IMG/VR virus record: IMGVR_UViG_3300044878_000036
Location: 1 to 25,807 of that record
From: a virus
Taxonomy: Duplodnaviria > Caudoviricetes
Direction: 5' to 3' (one strand)
Length of the DNA: 25,807 nt
Shown here one piece after another: positions 9,434-17,731 of this stretch. The notes below the pieces were generated by a model that did not search any database, was not told the DNA's origin, and worked only from the letters and a program-made list of their open reading frames with translations. The position numbers were made by a program, and so were the translations under genes. Position 1 is the first letter of the stretch, and each line of letters begins with the position of its first letter.

Positions 9434-9886
9434 ATGATCCAGTACCCGGAAGGCCTGCCGTATCCGCTGCGCGACGGCTACGACATGAACACGACGGACC
9501 CGGCCGCTCACACCCCGCTGGGAAACGGCAAGATCATCTCGCGCCGGAGGTTCAGCAGTGTTCCGACCTTCCCGGCAGTCACCTGGGAAATGGACGACGG
9601 CCAGGCGCAACTGTTCATGGCCTGGCACCAGTACACCCTGAACGATGGGGTCGAGTGGTTTGACTGCCCACTCAAGACGCCGATCGGCATTGACAGTTAT
9701 CAAGCCAGATTCAAAGAAATGTACAGCGGACCAACGCTAGTCGGCATTTCCCGCTGGCACGTCAGGGCCGTCCTGCAACTGCTCAAGCGACCAATCATCG
9801 ACAAGGACTGGCTGCTCGCCCCCGAATACGTCCTGCACTCGAACATCGTCGACATCGCCGCCAACCGCGAATGGCCGGAGGCATGA
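9434..9886 (+). CDS. Probable distal tail protein (gpM/Dit-like)
   Basis: YP..LP.PLRDGY, RRRF..VP, F.AW....LNDG..WF..PL.TP.G...ARF pattern of siphovirus Dit proteins; AAGGA RBS. Confidence 0.7.
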   Translation: MIQYPEGLPYPLRDGYDMNTTDPAAHTPLGNGKIISRRRFSSVPTFPAVTWEMDDGQAQLFMAWHQYTLNDGVEWFDCPLKTPIGIDSYQARFKEMYSGPTLVGISRWHVRAVLQLLKRPIIDKDWLLAPEYVLHSNIVDIAANREWPEA

Positions 9887-9944
9887 CCGTGACCCCACAA
9901 AAAACCATTTCGCCCATCGGGCTACGCATGCCTGGAGCTAACGC

Positions 9945-12047
9945 ATGACAATTTACGCAACCGGCAACGCGGTCGGCTCGACCAACCCGAAAGACCTGCT
10001 CGACAACGCGCAGAACATCGATTACTGGGTCCTGGGGCCGCTGCTCAGTTACCCTGACCGGAAAGGCGTCAACCGCCTTTCGTGGGCAGGCATCGAGGCG
10101 GCGTTTGCTGCCGCGCAGGCCCAGCGAACCGCTGACTTCAACGCAGCCCAGGTCCAGCGTGCGGCTGACTACGCCACATCAGAGGCGAGCCGAGGCTATG
10201 AAAACCCGGTTCCGTATGTTTCCGGCATCGCCCTGACTCGCGCAACCCAGCTCGTTCAGTACAACTCGGAACTGTACAAGGCGAAAGCCGGAACCCTGCC
10301 GTGGACGACAACCGGCGTGTGGGCGACCGATTCTGCCAAGCTGGTATCGGTGGGCGATGCGGCTCTGCGGCAGAATATGGCAGACCCAAACTACGGTGTG
10401 GCTCTGGTGGCCTTGCCCTTGCCCGTGCCGACAGCCTACAAGCGGACCCTTGCCGACCAAGATGGCGAGCGCCTGAACCTGTTGCGGTTCCGAACGCCTG
10501 CGGTTGACGCGGGTCGCTGGGATATTGCACTGCAGGCCGCTATTGCCAAGGTTGAGGCTATGGCTACGGCTGCGGGTCGCACCTACGGCCTACCTCCTAT
10601 CAATGTTCCAGGTGGCGTGTACCCTATGGGGGCTGCTGTCGTCACCCGACCATGGATCAAGATAGTAGCCAAGGGGACCGTCGTATTCGACTGGACTTCG
10701 GTTCCTGCGAGTAATGGGTTCGTTATCAACAACGAGATCACTATCGCTGCCGACATTCTTAAGCATCCGGGCAACCACTCCCCATGTCTAAACGGTAGTG
10801 AGGGCACCATTTCACTCTTGGGGGCAGGCAAAGCTACGTCAACCGGTTCGGCCCTGCTTATCGGTAACACTGCGGCGGGTTTTCAGGCTTGCCGGGATAC
10901 GCGATTAACAGGCCTTGTGGTCAGCGGTTGGGATAACGCCCAAAAGTTCAACCTGCGTGATACCTATCTGTTTCACGCTGACAACTGCCGATTTGAGAAC
11001 AACAATAAGAACATCTACGTGCCGACCGGGACTAACACGAACTCTGGCGAACGTATGGAATACCTGAGCTGTACGTTCGGTTTGGCGGCCCATCAACTTT
11101 ATCAAGACAACGTAACGTTCGATTTTAACTTTGGTTTTTGCTCGTTTGACTTCTTCGGAAACCTAGTAACGTACGGGACAAGCGCTGGATACTGCGGGGC
11201 TAAATTCGCAACCTGCTACTTTGAAGCATGGGACGGCCTACTCGTTGACGCGGCTAACCCGACTGACCAAGTTGCGGTGTTCATCACTGACCCGACTTTT
11301 CTCCCCCGCAGATGGACTGACGCCGCGATTGTTAACTCGCCGTCGCGGGTGCTGGTTAACACGAATGACAAAGTGTCGGTTTCGATTACAAACCCGAAAA
11401 TGCGGTACGAAACGCGCCCATACCTAGAAGACAGCTACACAATTTCCGCAGCCACCCGCTTAGAGGCTTATACCGGCTATCACTACAACCCGCAAATGGG
11501 ACTGCCGTCGGCTGCCAGCATCATCAACCGGGACTATGACTTCCAGATTGACGCAGATGGAGCGCTAGGCAACGCCCTAACCGCGTGGGACCGAATCGCA
11601 GGTTTCACTTCGGTAACAACCAACCAAATTGCTACAGTTTCAGGTAAGAAAGTGTTGCAGTTGGTTGGGACCGACGCTACAGCAGCGGCTATCAGCTTTC
11701 GAGGAAAAGACAACATGCCCGCAAAACCTGGTGATCAGTTTCTTTGCAACGCTTGCATACAGGCAAACGGCGTAACCGGCAACATCAACGTTCTCATGGG
11801 AGTTGAATTCTTCGATATTGCAGGAGTATCGCTGGGAACGTCCCCATCGTTTCGGCAGTACAGTTTCAAAGATGCGCTGGCCGATACAACGGTGCCTAAC
11901 TTTGCCAGCGGTGGTGCGCGCTACATGGACACGACCGCTTTTAAGGCCATTGCGCCGAAGAACACAGCATACGCACGCGGTCGATTCACAATGACCGCGT
12001 TCAACGGAACCGTTAACGTCAGCCGCGCTCGCGTATGGAGAGCCTGA
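9945..12047 (+). CDS. Tailspike / receptor-binding protein (beta-helix depolymerase-like)
   Basis: N-terminal anchor YATGN.VGST.PKDL.DNA, tail-spike N domain, then DIALQAAI..INVPGGVY pectate-lyase-like entry and an Asn/Phe-rich beta region. Confidence 0.85.
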   Translation: MTIYATGNAVGSTNPKDLLDNAQNIDYWVLGPLLSYPDRKGVNRLSWAGIEAAFAAAQAQRTADFNAAQVQRAADYATSEASRGYENPVPYVSGIALTRATQLVQYNSELYKAKAGTLPWTTTGVWATDSAKLVSVGDAALRQNMADPNYGVALVALPLPVPTAYKRTLADQDGERLNLLRFRTPAVDAGRWDIALQAAIAKVEAMATAAGRTYGLPPINVPGGVYPMGAAVVTRPWIKIVAKGTVVFDWTSVPASNGFVINNEITIAADILKHPGNHSPCLNGSEGTISLLGAGKATSTGSALLIGNTAAGFQACRDTRLTGLVVSGWDNAQKFNLRDTYLFHADNCRFENNNKNIYVPTGTNTNSGERMEYLSCTFGLAAHQLYQDNVTFDFNFGFCSFDFFGNLVTYGTSAGYCGAKFATCYFEAWDGLLVDAANPTDQVAVFITDPTFLPRRWTDAAIVNSPSRVLVNTNDKVSVSITNPKMRYETRPYLEDSYTISAATRLEAYTGYHYNPQMGLPSAASIINRDYDFQIDADGALGNALTAWDRIAGFTSVTTNQIATVSGKKVLQLVGTDATAAAISFRGKDNMPAKPGDQFLCNACIQANGVTGNINVLMGVEFFDIAGVSLGTSPSFRQYSFKDALADTTVPNFASGGARYMDTTAFKAIAPKNTAYARGRFTMTAFNGTVNVSRARVWRA

Positions 12048-12051
12048 ACCC

Positions 12052-12079
12052 AAAAAAGCCCGCGCTTGCGGGCTTTTTT
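12052..12079. terminator. Bidirectional intrinsic terminator
   Basis: AAAAAAGCCCGC-GCTT-GCGGGCTTTTTT. Confidence 0.85.
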
Positions 12080-12094
12080 CGTTTGGAGAAAAGT

Positions 12095-12646
12095 ATGCCG
12101 ATCACCCAGCAGCAACTGCTGCAGATCCTTCCAAGCGCCGGCAAGCAGGCAGGCGTGTTTGCGTCTGCGCTCACCTTGGCAATGGACAAATACCAGATCA
12201 ACACGCGGCTCAGAATGGCCGCCTTCATTGCCCAGGTTGGTCACGAATCCGGCCAGTTCCGCTACGTTCGCGAACTGGGCGGCGACCAATACCTGAGCAA
12301 ATACGACACCGGGACGCTGGCCAAGCGGTTGGGCAATACGCCAGAGGCAGACGGTGATGGCCAGAAGTACCGCGGGCGCGGCCTGATCCAGATAACCGGC
12401 CGCGACAATTACCTCGCATGCAGCAAAGCCCTGCTCGGCGATGACCGCCTGCTGCGCACCCCCGAGCTACTGGAGCAGGCCGAGTGGGCCTGCAAGTCGG
12501 CGGCCTGGTTCTGGAATTCTCGAAACCTGAACGCGCTGGCGGACAACGGTTCGTTCGAGCAGATTACGCGGCGCATCAACGGCGGGCTGAATGGAATGGC
12601 CGAACGGCTGGCCTTCTACACGACAGCGCTGAAAGTGCTGGCCTGA
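12095..12646 (+). CDS. Endolysin, glycoside hydrolase family 19
   Basis: AAFIAQVGHESG, YRGRGLIQITGRDNY, SAAWFW, ITRRINGG.NG motifs; GGAG RBS before ATG 12095. Confidence 0.95.
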   Translation: MPITQQQLLQILPSAGKQAGVFASALTLAMDKYQINTRLRMAAFIAQVGHESGQFRYVRELGGDQYLSKYDTGTLAKRLGNTPEADGDGQKYRGRGLIQITGRDNYLACSKALLGDDRLLRTPELLEQAEWACKSAAWFWNSRNLNALADNGSFEQITRRINGGLNGMAERLAFYTTALKVLA

Positions 12647-12685
12647 TCGTAGCTATATAAAGGAAGGCCTTTCGGGGCTGGTCGG

Positions 12686-13171
12686 TCATGGCGTCACCTT
12701 GTCGAGGGAGTCGTTCAGATCATCGATGGCGGCGCGCAACTCTTTACGCCACCAGAACTGATGACGGCCTTCTGGCTTCTCTCCGAATACGCAGCCGCTC
12801 AGCTCTGTCTGGCCGTCAAGGAACAGCCATACCTTATTGAGCTGATCGCGAACTTCTACGGGCACCACCGATGCCGGCGCTGGCGGCGACGTGAAGAGGG
12901 GGACGCATTGCAGATCGTTAGCTACCCGGGTGGCATGCATACCTACGCATTCCAAGTCTTCAATCGATTCGACTGCCACATACAGAACCGGCTCAACCAT
13001 CCCGATCGGCTCCTCGATATGACTGGCGAGAAGGGCGCGCAGCTCATCTACAGTCTTCGTGACGTGCGGCAGAAAACCGATGCGCCCCGACCCATCATTT
13101 CCAGCCCCTTCAGGGAATAGTCCTGACAGCCTTTCCATCAAACCCTTCGACACCATCATCATTTCGCTCAT
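12686..13171 (-). CDS. Hypothetical phage early protein
   Basis: EPV.Y / VPLFT.PPAP segments common in mosaic lambdoid accessory proteins; start 13171 or GTG 13180. Confidence 0.65.
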   Translation of the reverse strand: MSEMMMVSKGLMERLSGLFPEGAGNDGSGRIGFLPHVTKTVDELRALLASHIEEPIGMVEPVLYVAVESIEDLECVGMHATRVANDLQCVPLFTSPPAPASVVPVEVRDQLNKVWLFLDGQTELSGCVFGEKPEGRHQFWWRKELRAAIDDLNDSLDKVTP

Positions 13172-13207
13172 TCCCGCCACCTAATCAGTTATTGGTTATC
13201 GCATCAT

Positions 13208-13283
13208 CCGGGGGATTTAAACCCCCGGTCGGTCGTTGTATTCCGTGGCCTGTAGCGGTGTGGTAGCTGAAAAGCTGCTGAAA
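13208..13283. other. att-like site: inverted core repeats with 7-bp spacer plus arm-like direct repeats
   Basis: CCGGGGG-ATTTAAA-CCCCCGG (13208-13228); GCTGAAA repeated at 13266 and 13277; intergenic. Confidence 0.55.
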
Positions 13284-13313
13284 CCGCATTTAGGCGTGAC
13301 TAATAGTCCCTTT

Positions 13314-14066
13314 CTAGTCACCCGTTTTTTTCGGCAGGGACTTCAGCCAATTTCGAACCGATTGGTACTCGTTGTTCCGGAAGCTGCCGAAGGCGTAGAT
13401 GAATGGCTCGCGGTGGTTGTGACCATCAATCGCCAGAAAATCCTTGCAGCCCTGCTCGGTAAAACAGGCTGTCACGAACACGTCAACATCCTTGATCGCG
13501 TATCGCTCCCAGTGCTTCACGTCTCGCCCGCCATCATGCAGCGCCTCAAGTCGTGCCGCCGTTCGATCGTCTGCCGTCGATACGTTGACCGGGTCGTACC
13601 ACTCGATGCGGTCATGGTCGTGCGTGTCGAGCGTGACCATGCCGCGCTTTTCCATCACGGCGAACATAGGCTGATCGGTGCAGCGGTTGTCTTGTGAGTT
13701 GATCAGCGCGCCAATCGCCTCCAGTTCTGCCAGCTTCGCCTTGAGCTGGTCTCGCTCTGCCATCCAGTGCAGCGATGCAGCCTCCCATTCGGCGGCGTTC
13801 TTCGCGTTGCGCTCATTCTCCGCGAGCAGGGCCAGAACTGCGGCAGGGTTGGCGGCAGCAATGAACGCAGCATTCGATTCATTCTCGCCTGGCCTCATCC
13901 ATTCGGCGCCCGTGGTCATTGCGATCTGGCTTTGACCGCTGCCGCGAACCCAGTGCTGAACTGGACCGCCATAGACGACTCCGCCAAGGCGGCCTTCGTG
14001 CTTAGCCCATTCGCCCTGTGTTGCAGCCTCGGCCAGCGCCTTCAGCTTCACTTTGTCGACGATCAT
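13314..14066 (-). CDS. Ead/Ea22-like protein
   Basis: KLKALAEAATQGEW...NAAFIAAANPAAVLALLAE signature; ATG 14066 in ATGA overlap. Confidence 0.85.
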   Translation of the reverse strand: MIVDKVKLKALAEAATQGEWAKHEGRLGGVVYGGPVQHWVRGSGQSQIAMTTGAEWMRPGENESNAAFIAAANPAAVLALLAENERNAKNAAEWEAASLHWMAERDQLKAKLAELEAIGALINSQDNRCTDQPMFAVMEKRGMVTLDTHDHDRIEWYDPVNVSTADDRTAARLEALHDGGRDVKHWERYAIKDVDVFVTACFTEQGCKDFLAIDGHNHREPFIYAFGSFRNNEYQSVRNWLKSLPKKTGD

Positions 14067-14251
14067 TGCGCTATCTCCTTTTTCGGCGTAAAGCGCGACG
14101 GCGCCCAGTCGCACACTTCATCCTCGGGGATATGCCCGAACATCATCGTGCACCGCCGGCAGTGCGCGCAGTCAGCGCAGGTTTTGCCATCGGGCAGGTT
14201 CATGCCGTCGTCAACAGCGGCGCGGCGGTAGGTTTGGCGTTGCTCGCTCAT
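14063..14251 (-). CDS. Small Cys-rich hypothetical protein
   Basis: CADCAHCRRC...C; ATGA-coupled to both neighbours. Confidence 0.7.
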   Translation of the reverse strand: MSEQRQTYRRAAVDDGMNLPDGKTCADCAHCRRCTMMFGHIPEDEVCDWAPSRFTPKKEIAQ

Positions 14252-14679
14252 ACGTCACTTCCTTTTGCTGGTTCTTCGCTGTCGCAGGCGTAGACATCAC
14301 CGCTAGGCGCGCCTGCCAATTTTCCTGCTTGGGCTAATTTATCGAATGCCTCCCTGCGCAGCGCTGAATGGCCGGCATTCTTCTTCAGCTGGTCAAGCTC
14401 AGTACGCTGCCAGGCAATGATTTTGTTCGCCTCATCCAGAGTCGAGCGGAGCCCGTCGCGACCTTCGGTCAAGCGGACAAGATCGGCGCGCAGCTGCTCA
14501 ATCTTTTCATCCTTGTCGACGTACTTCCCGGAAAGGTGCTTCCGAATCACATCGGAATAATCAACGCTGCTGAACCACTCCTGATTGCATTGAGCGCATT
14601 GCTTGTGCTCGCCCTCTTCATGGCGGACATCTTCGCTGCCGCACTCAGGGCAATAGGTCCACTCGGTTTTATTCGTAAT
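14248..14679 (-). CDS. Zinc-ribbon plus coiled-coil protein; apparent non-canonical start (ATT 14679)
   Basis: Frame of 14248..14550 stays open upstream through CPECG...CAQC to ATT ACG with GAGG 9 nt upstream. Confidence 0.6.
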   Translation of the reverse strand: MTNKTEWTYCPECGSEDVRHEEGEHKQCAQCNQEWFSSVDYSDVIRKHLSGKYVDKDEKIEQLRADLVRLTEGRDGLRSTLDEANKIIAWQRTELDQLKKNAGHSALRREAFDKLAQAGKLAGAPSGDVYACDSEEPAKGSDV

Positions 14680-15241
14680 GGCTTGCGGCCTCTGCGCTTG
14701 CGGATAGTGCGGCGCTCACAATGGCTTTCGCGTGCTCGCGCATCGAGGCGCGCCCCTGCTCAGGCATGTGCTCCCACGGGTAATCCATGCAGGCGGCCAG
14801 CTTCTTGGCAGCAGCCTCTAAATCCAGATGATCTTCTTGCACGGCAGCATCAATGCTGTACGCGTCCCGAAGCTCAGCCCGCAGCGAGGCGATCAGGTTC
14901 TTCTGCTGCTCGACGACTGTATTCAGCCGCTCAACCTCGCCCGCATCGGATCGGGTGAAAAGTGGAACCAAGTTACCCTTTGGCGATTGCTCCCCGAAGG
15001 CGTAGCAGCACTCGTCGCCTCGAAGTGTTGCCAGTACATCAGGCTTGATCCATGCCGCCGGCTGAACATCGGATTGCAGCGGCACAGGGGCAGCGGCGAG
15101 CATTGCCGACCACTCTGACTTCAAGCAGTCCGCTATCGCCTCGTCATACTCCGGATCCTTTCCGATCTCATGATCTGCGGCACTGCGCAGCATTTCCTCG
15201 GTCGGCTCGACCGGCACCAGCTTCCATTCCTTGCTCATCAC
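14669..15241 (-). CDS. Hypothetical phage early protein (Eaa/DUF551-like modules)
   Basis: WKLVPVEPTEEML...W.AMLAAAP motif. Confidence 0.75.
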   Translation of the reverse strand: MMSKEWKLVPVEPTEEMLRSAADHEIGKDPEYDEAIADCLKSEWSAMLAAAPVPLQSDVQPAAWIKPDVLATLRGDECCYAFGEQSPKGNLVPLFTRSDAGEVERLNTVVEQQKNLIASLRAELRDAYSIDAAVQEDHLDLEAAAKKLAACMDYPWEHMPEQGRASMREHAKAIVSAALSASAEAASHYE

Positions 15242-15252
15242 TCACCCTTCGT

Positions 15253-15480
15253 TTATTGGTCGCCGGACTGCCCGGCCTTCACGCATTCCGATTCCTGCAC
15301 CAGCAGGCGGTTGATTGCCGCTGTAGCGCTTTCGCCTTTGGCCTCAAGATCCGCCAGCGACTCAGCGGCTTCAGGCTGCAACTTGATCCCGCTCAGCCTC
15401 CGGCCGCCCCGGGCCAGCAGATTCTTTTCGTGCGCCTCGACGCGACTGGTCGATGTCTTTGGTGGTTTTTCAGGTTTCAT
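15253..15480 (-). CDS. Small putative DNA-binding protein (ribbon-helix-helix-like)
   Basis: Basic helix, then RRLSGIKL strand and two helices (AAESLADL, ATAAINRLL). Confidence 0.55.
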   Translation of the reverse strand: MKPEKPPKTSTSRVEAHEKNLLARGGRRLSGIKLQPEAAESLADLEAKGESATAAINRLLVQESECVKAGQSGDQ

Positions 15481-15638
15481 GCTGGGTCGTCCGACGTGAT
15501 TCGAGCGCGGGCCTGCTTCAGAAGATCATCGCGCAAGGCCTTAAAGTGCTGACATGCCGCGAAGTACTCGGTGTTCATGTAGGCCCGGTGCGCGCCAATC
15601 GCTGCGCTTACCAGATCGTAGTAAATGTAGTCAGGCAT
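15477..15638 (-). CDS. Small hypothetical protein (53 aa)
   Basis: GGAG RBS before ATG 15638; ATGA overlap with next gene; directly downstream of a promoter. Confidence 0.6.
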   Translation of the reverse strand: MPDYIYYDLVSAAIGAHRAYMNTEYFAACQHFKALRDDLLKQARARITSDDPA

Positions 15639-15686
15639 CTCGTTTTGCTCCGTTGCTCGGTCAGCACTGCGCCTCCCATGGGGTGA

Positions 15687-15715
15687 ACTATAGGATAGTT
15701 GGTGCACCAACACAA
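15687..15715 (-). promoter_or_regulatory. Sigma70 promoter with palindromic operator
   Basis: TTGTGT-17bp-TATAGT; perfect 14-bp palindrome GTTGGTGCACCAAC at 15698-15711 covering the spacer and part of -35. Confidence 0.7.
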
Positions 15716-15728
15716 GAAGAGAATTAGG

Positions 15729-16898
15729 TTATCCGTGCATTAGGGTTTCGGCCTGCTCAGATCTCCCAAACTTCGCCGCCGCCAGATCGCCGGACGTGTC
15801 AGATTCGTTCGGGATGTATCGGCCATAAACCCGGCTGATCATCAGGAACGACGTGTGCCCCATCTGCTTTGCCACCCACATCGGATGCTCGCCCGCGCTC
15901 AGCATCATGGAGGCGTACGTGTGCCGGGTCTGGTACGGGTTCCGGTAGCGCACGCCTGCCTTTCTGATCACCGGCCCCCAGAATGACTTCCTGATCTCCT
16001 GGTCCCCGTTGAACGCCCGGTTGTGCCTCGGGTCGTGGAAAACGGCTTTCCCTTCTATATAGGTGTGCTCGCGCTGGGCCTTCAGCGCCTCGAACGACAT
16101 GGGCAGCAATCTCACGCTACGCACCCCGGCCGCCGTCTTCGGCGTCTCTGCCTCTCTGGCCGCCGCCGTCAGCCCCCGCGACACCCTCACTTCCCCGCGA
16201 TGCCAGTCAATGTCGCCCCACTCCAGCGCGACCAGCTCCGACGTTCGCAGGCCGGTCCAGAAGGCGAACTGCAACAGGTTCCGATACTGCCCGGTAGCTG
16301 CCGCCAGAATGGCACGCTGCTCGTCCGGGCTGAATGGGTCGATCTCGTCCTCGGTTCGTGGCTTGCCCTTCACTGAATACGTCCAGCCGGCCAATGGGTT
16401 CGCCTCGATCAGCTCGTCGTCTACGGCATCGCTCAGGGCCGAGCGCAGGCAGCTTTGCACGTTGGCCAGCCGCTTGTTGGTCGCTGACATCTTAGCCATG
16501 GCGGCCTTGACCTCTTTGCGCGTGACCGATGCCAGCGTCAGGCTACCCAGCGCCGGGACCAGCACCCCCGCGACGATCTTGCGGTAACCGTCCAGCGTTG
16601 ACGCCTTCAGGATGCCGGCCTTGCGCTCAAGCCACTCATCCAGGTACTGGCTCAGCGGCACCTGTCCGGACTGCCCGACAGCCGACGCAGCCCGCTTCGA
16701 CCGGGGAAACGCCTCGGCATAGTCAAACGAGCCCCGGTGAATCGCCAGATCGATAGCCGCCTTCTGCTGCTGCGCCCGCTTCAAATTTGCCGGCGTAGGC
16801 TCCAGCGGCAGGCGCTCCCGACACTGCTTGCCCTCGACCATAAAGCTGATCTCGATACTGCTTTTCGATGCCGCACGCACCCCGCGCTTCGCAGCCAT
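15729..16898 (-). CDS. int: Tyrosine integrase with N-terminal arm-binding domain (DUF3596-like)
   Basis: TGLRTSEL (R), PKT (K), YQTRHTYAS (R), QMGH (H), RVYGRY (Y); N-terminal SIEISF..GKQCRERL. Confidence 0.95.
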   Translation of the reverse strand: MAAKRGVRAASKSSIEISFMVEGKQCRERLPLEPTPANLKRAQQQKAAIDLAIHRGSFDYAEAFPRSKRAASAVGQSGQVPLSQYLDEWLERKAGILKASTLDGYRKIVAGVLVPALGSLTLASVTRKEVKAAMAKMSATNKRLANVQSCLRSALSDAVDDELIEANPLAGWTYSVKGKPRTEDEIDPFSPDEQRAILAAATGQYRNLLQFAFWTGLRTSELVALEWGDIDWHRGEVRVSRGLTAAAREAETPKTAAGVRSVRLLPMSFEALKAQREHTYIEGKAVFHDPRHNRAFNGDQEIRKSFWGPVIRKAGVRYRNPYQTRHTYASMMLSAGEHPMWVAKQMGHTSFLMISRVYGRYIPNESDTSGDLAAAKFGRSEQAETLMHG

Positions 16899-16979
16899 AC
16901 GCCACCCCTGACGATTGTTCGTTTAGTTGGCCGACAGTTTAGACCTGTGCCGCGCTGGGCGGCAGGAGGCGACTATTGG

Positions 16980-17339
16980 TTAGGCAGCTTGTCGCAGTGC
17001 CTGAGCCGATTTTCGGCGTTTAGCCATGAGGGCTTGCAGCCGATAAGCGTGGAAGCGCCGGCCATCCTGCGACCTGATCTCCGGGGCCAGGTCCGCCAAG
17101 TCCTCGTCGAGTCGACCGAAGTAGTAGAGGTGTTCGCCGTCGCCCATCCACTCGGGCTGAGCAGTGGCCCAGGTGCGCGCCTCTACGCAGGGCATGCAGG
17201 TTTTGAAGGAGCCCATATCACCTTCCCAGCTACCGGAGACGAGCTGGTATTTCTGGCCCGGCTGGATGGCGCCAAAGCATTCGCCGCACTTGTGCTGCTT
17301 GCGCGCGGTAGGCGTGGTTTCGGTTTGGAAGTCGGACAT
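16980..17339 (-). CDS. Hypothetical zinc-finger protein
   Basis: ARKQHKCGEC...I.PG.KY...KTCMPC; GAGG RBS before ATG 17339. Confidence 0.75.
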   Translation of the reverse strand: MSDFQTETTPTARKQHKCGECFGAIQPGQKYQLVSGSWEGDMGSFKTCMPCVEARTWATAQPEWMGDGEHLYYFGRLDEDLADLAPEIRSQDGRRFHAYRLQALMAKRRKSAQALRQAA

Positions 17340-17389
17340 AACGAATCCTCGCCCGCCGTACACCGGCAGGCTCTTGTGTGGGGTAGGGG

Positions 17390-17731
17390 TTAGGATGTTG
17401 CTTTGCCGATTTCGGATGCTGCGCGAACAATGGCGCGGCGAGTGGCGGCAGATGGGTTATTACCGTGCGGAACGGTCACACGCCCACCGCCATGCTCTCC
17501 AATGTCATACAGCGCGACAGAGGTATTTGGTTGCTGCCAATGATCGGGGCCGTGCGAGCGAATGCCAATATTCAGGACTACTGCCAGCTTAAGCGCGTCC
17601 CCGTCATCATCTAACGGCTTCCAGTTCACCCTGATTCCGCGCATCAAGACCACTCCATCATCTGTCACTCGCGCAGGGTCATAGCCAGCAGCCTTTGCCG
17701 CCAGCTCCAGCAATTCGCGATCACTCATCAT
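17390..17731 (-). CDS. Hypothetical phage protein
   Basis: DRELLELAAKAAG..W.PL.DDGDAL.LAV...ATRRAIVRAA.EIG, a widespread phage family pattern. Confidence 0.8.
   Translation of the reverse strand: MMSDRELLELAAKAAGYDPARVTDDGVVLMRGIRVNWKPLDDDGDALKLAVVLNIGIRSHGPDHWQQPNTSVALYDIGEHGGGRVTVPHGNNPSAATRRAIVRAASEIGKATS

Noticed and set aside
9945-12047. Diversity-generating retroelement or invertible fibre cassette
   Set aside because: No reverse transcriptase, template repeat, invertase or duplicated fibre C-terminus seen in the window
13195-13290. tRNA or tmRNA gene suggested by the T-arm-like hairpin
   Set aside because: No acceptor stem, D-arm, anticodon arm or CCA; loop is TTTAAAT rather than TTCRAAT
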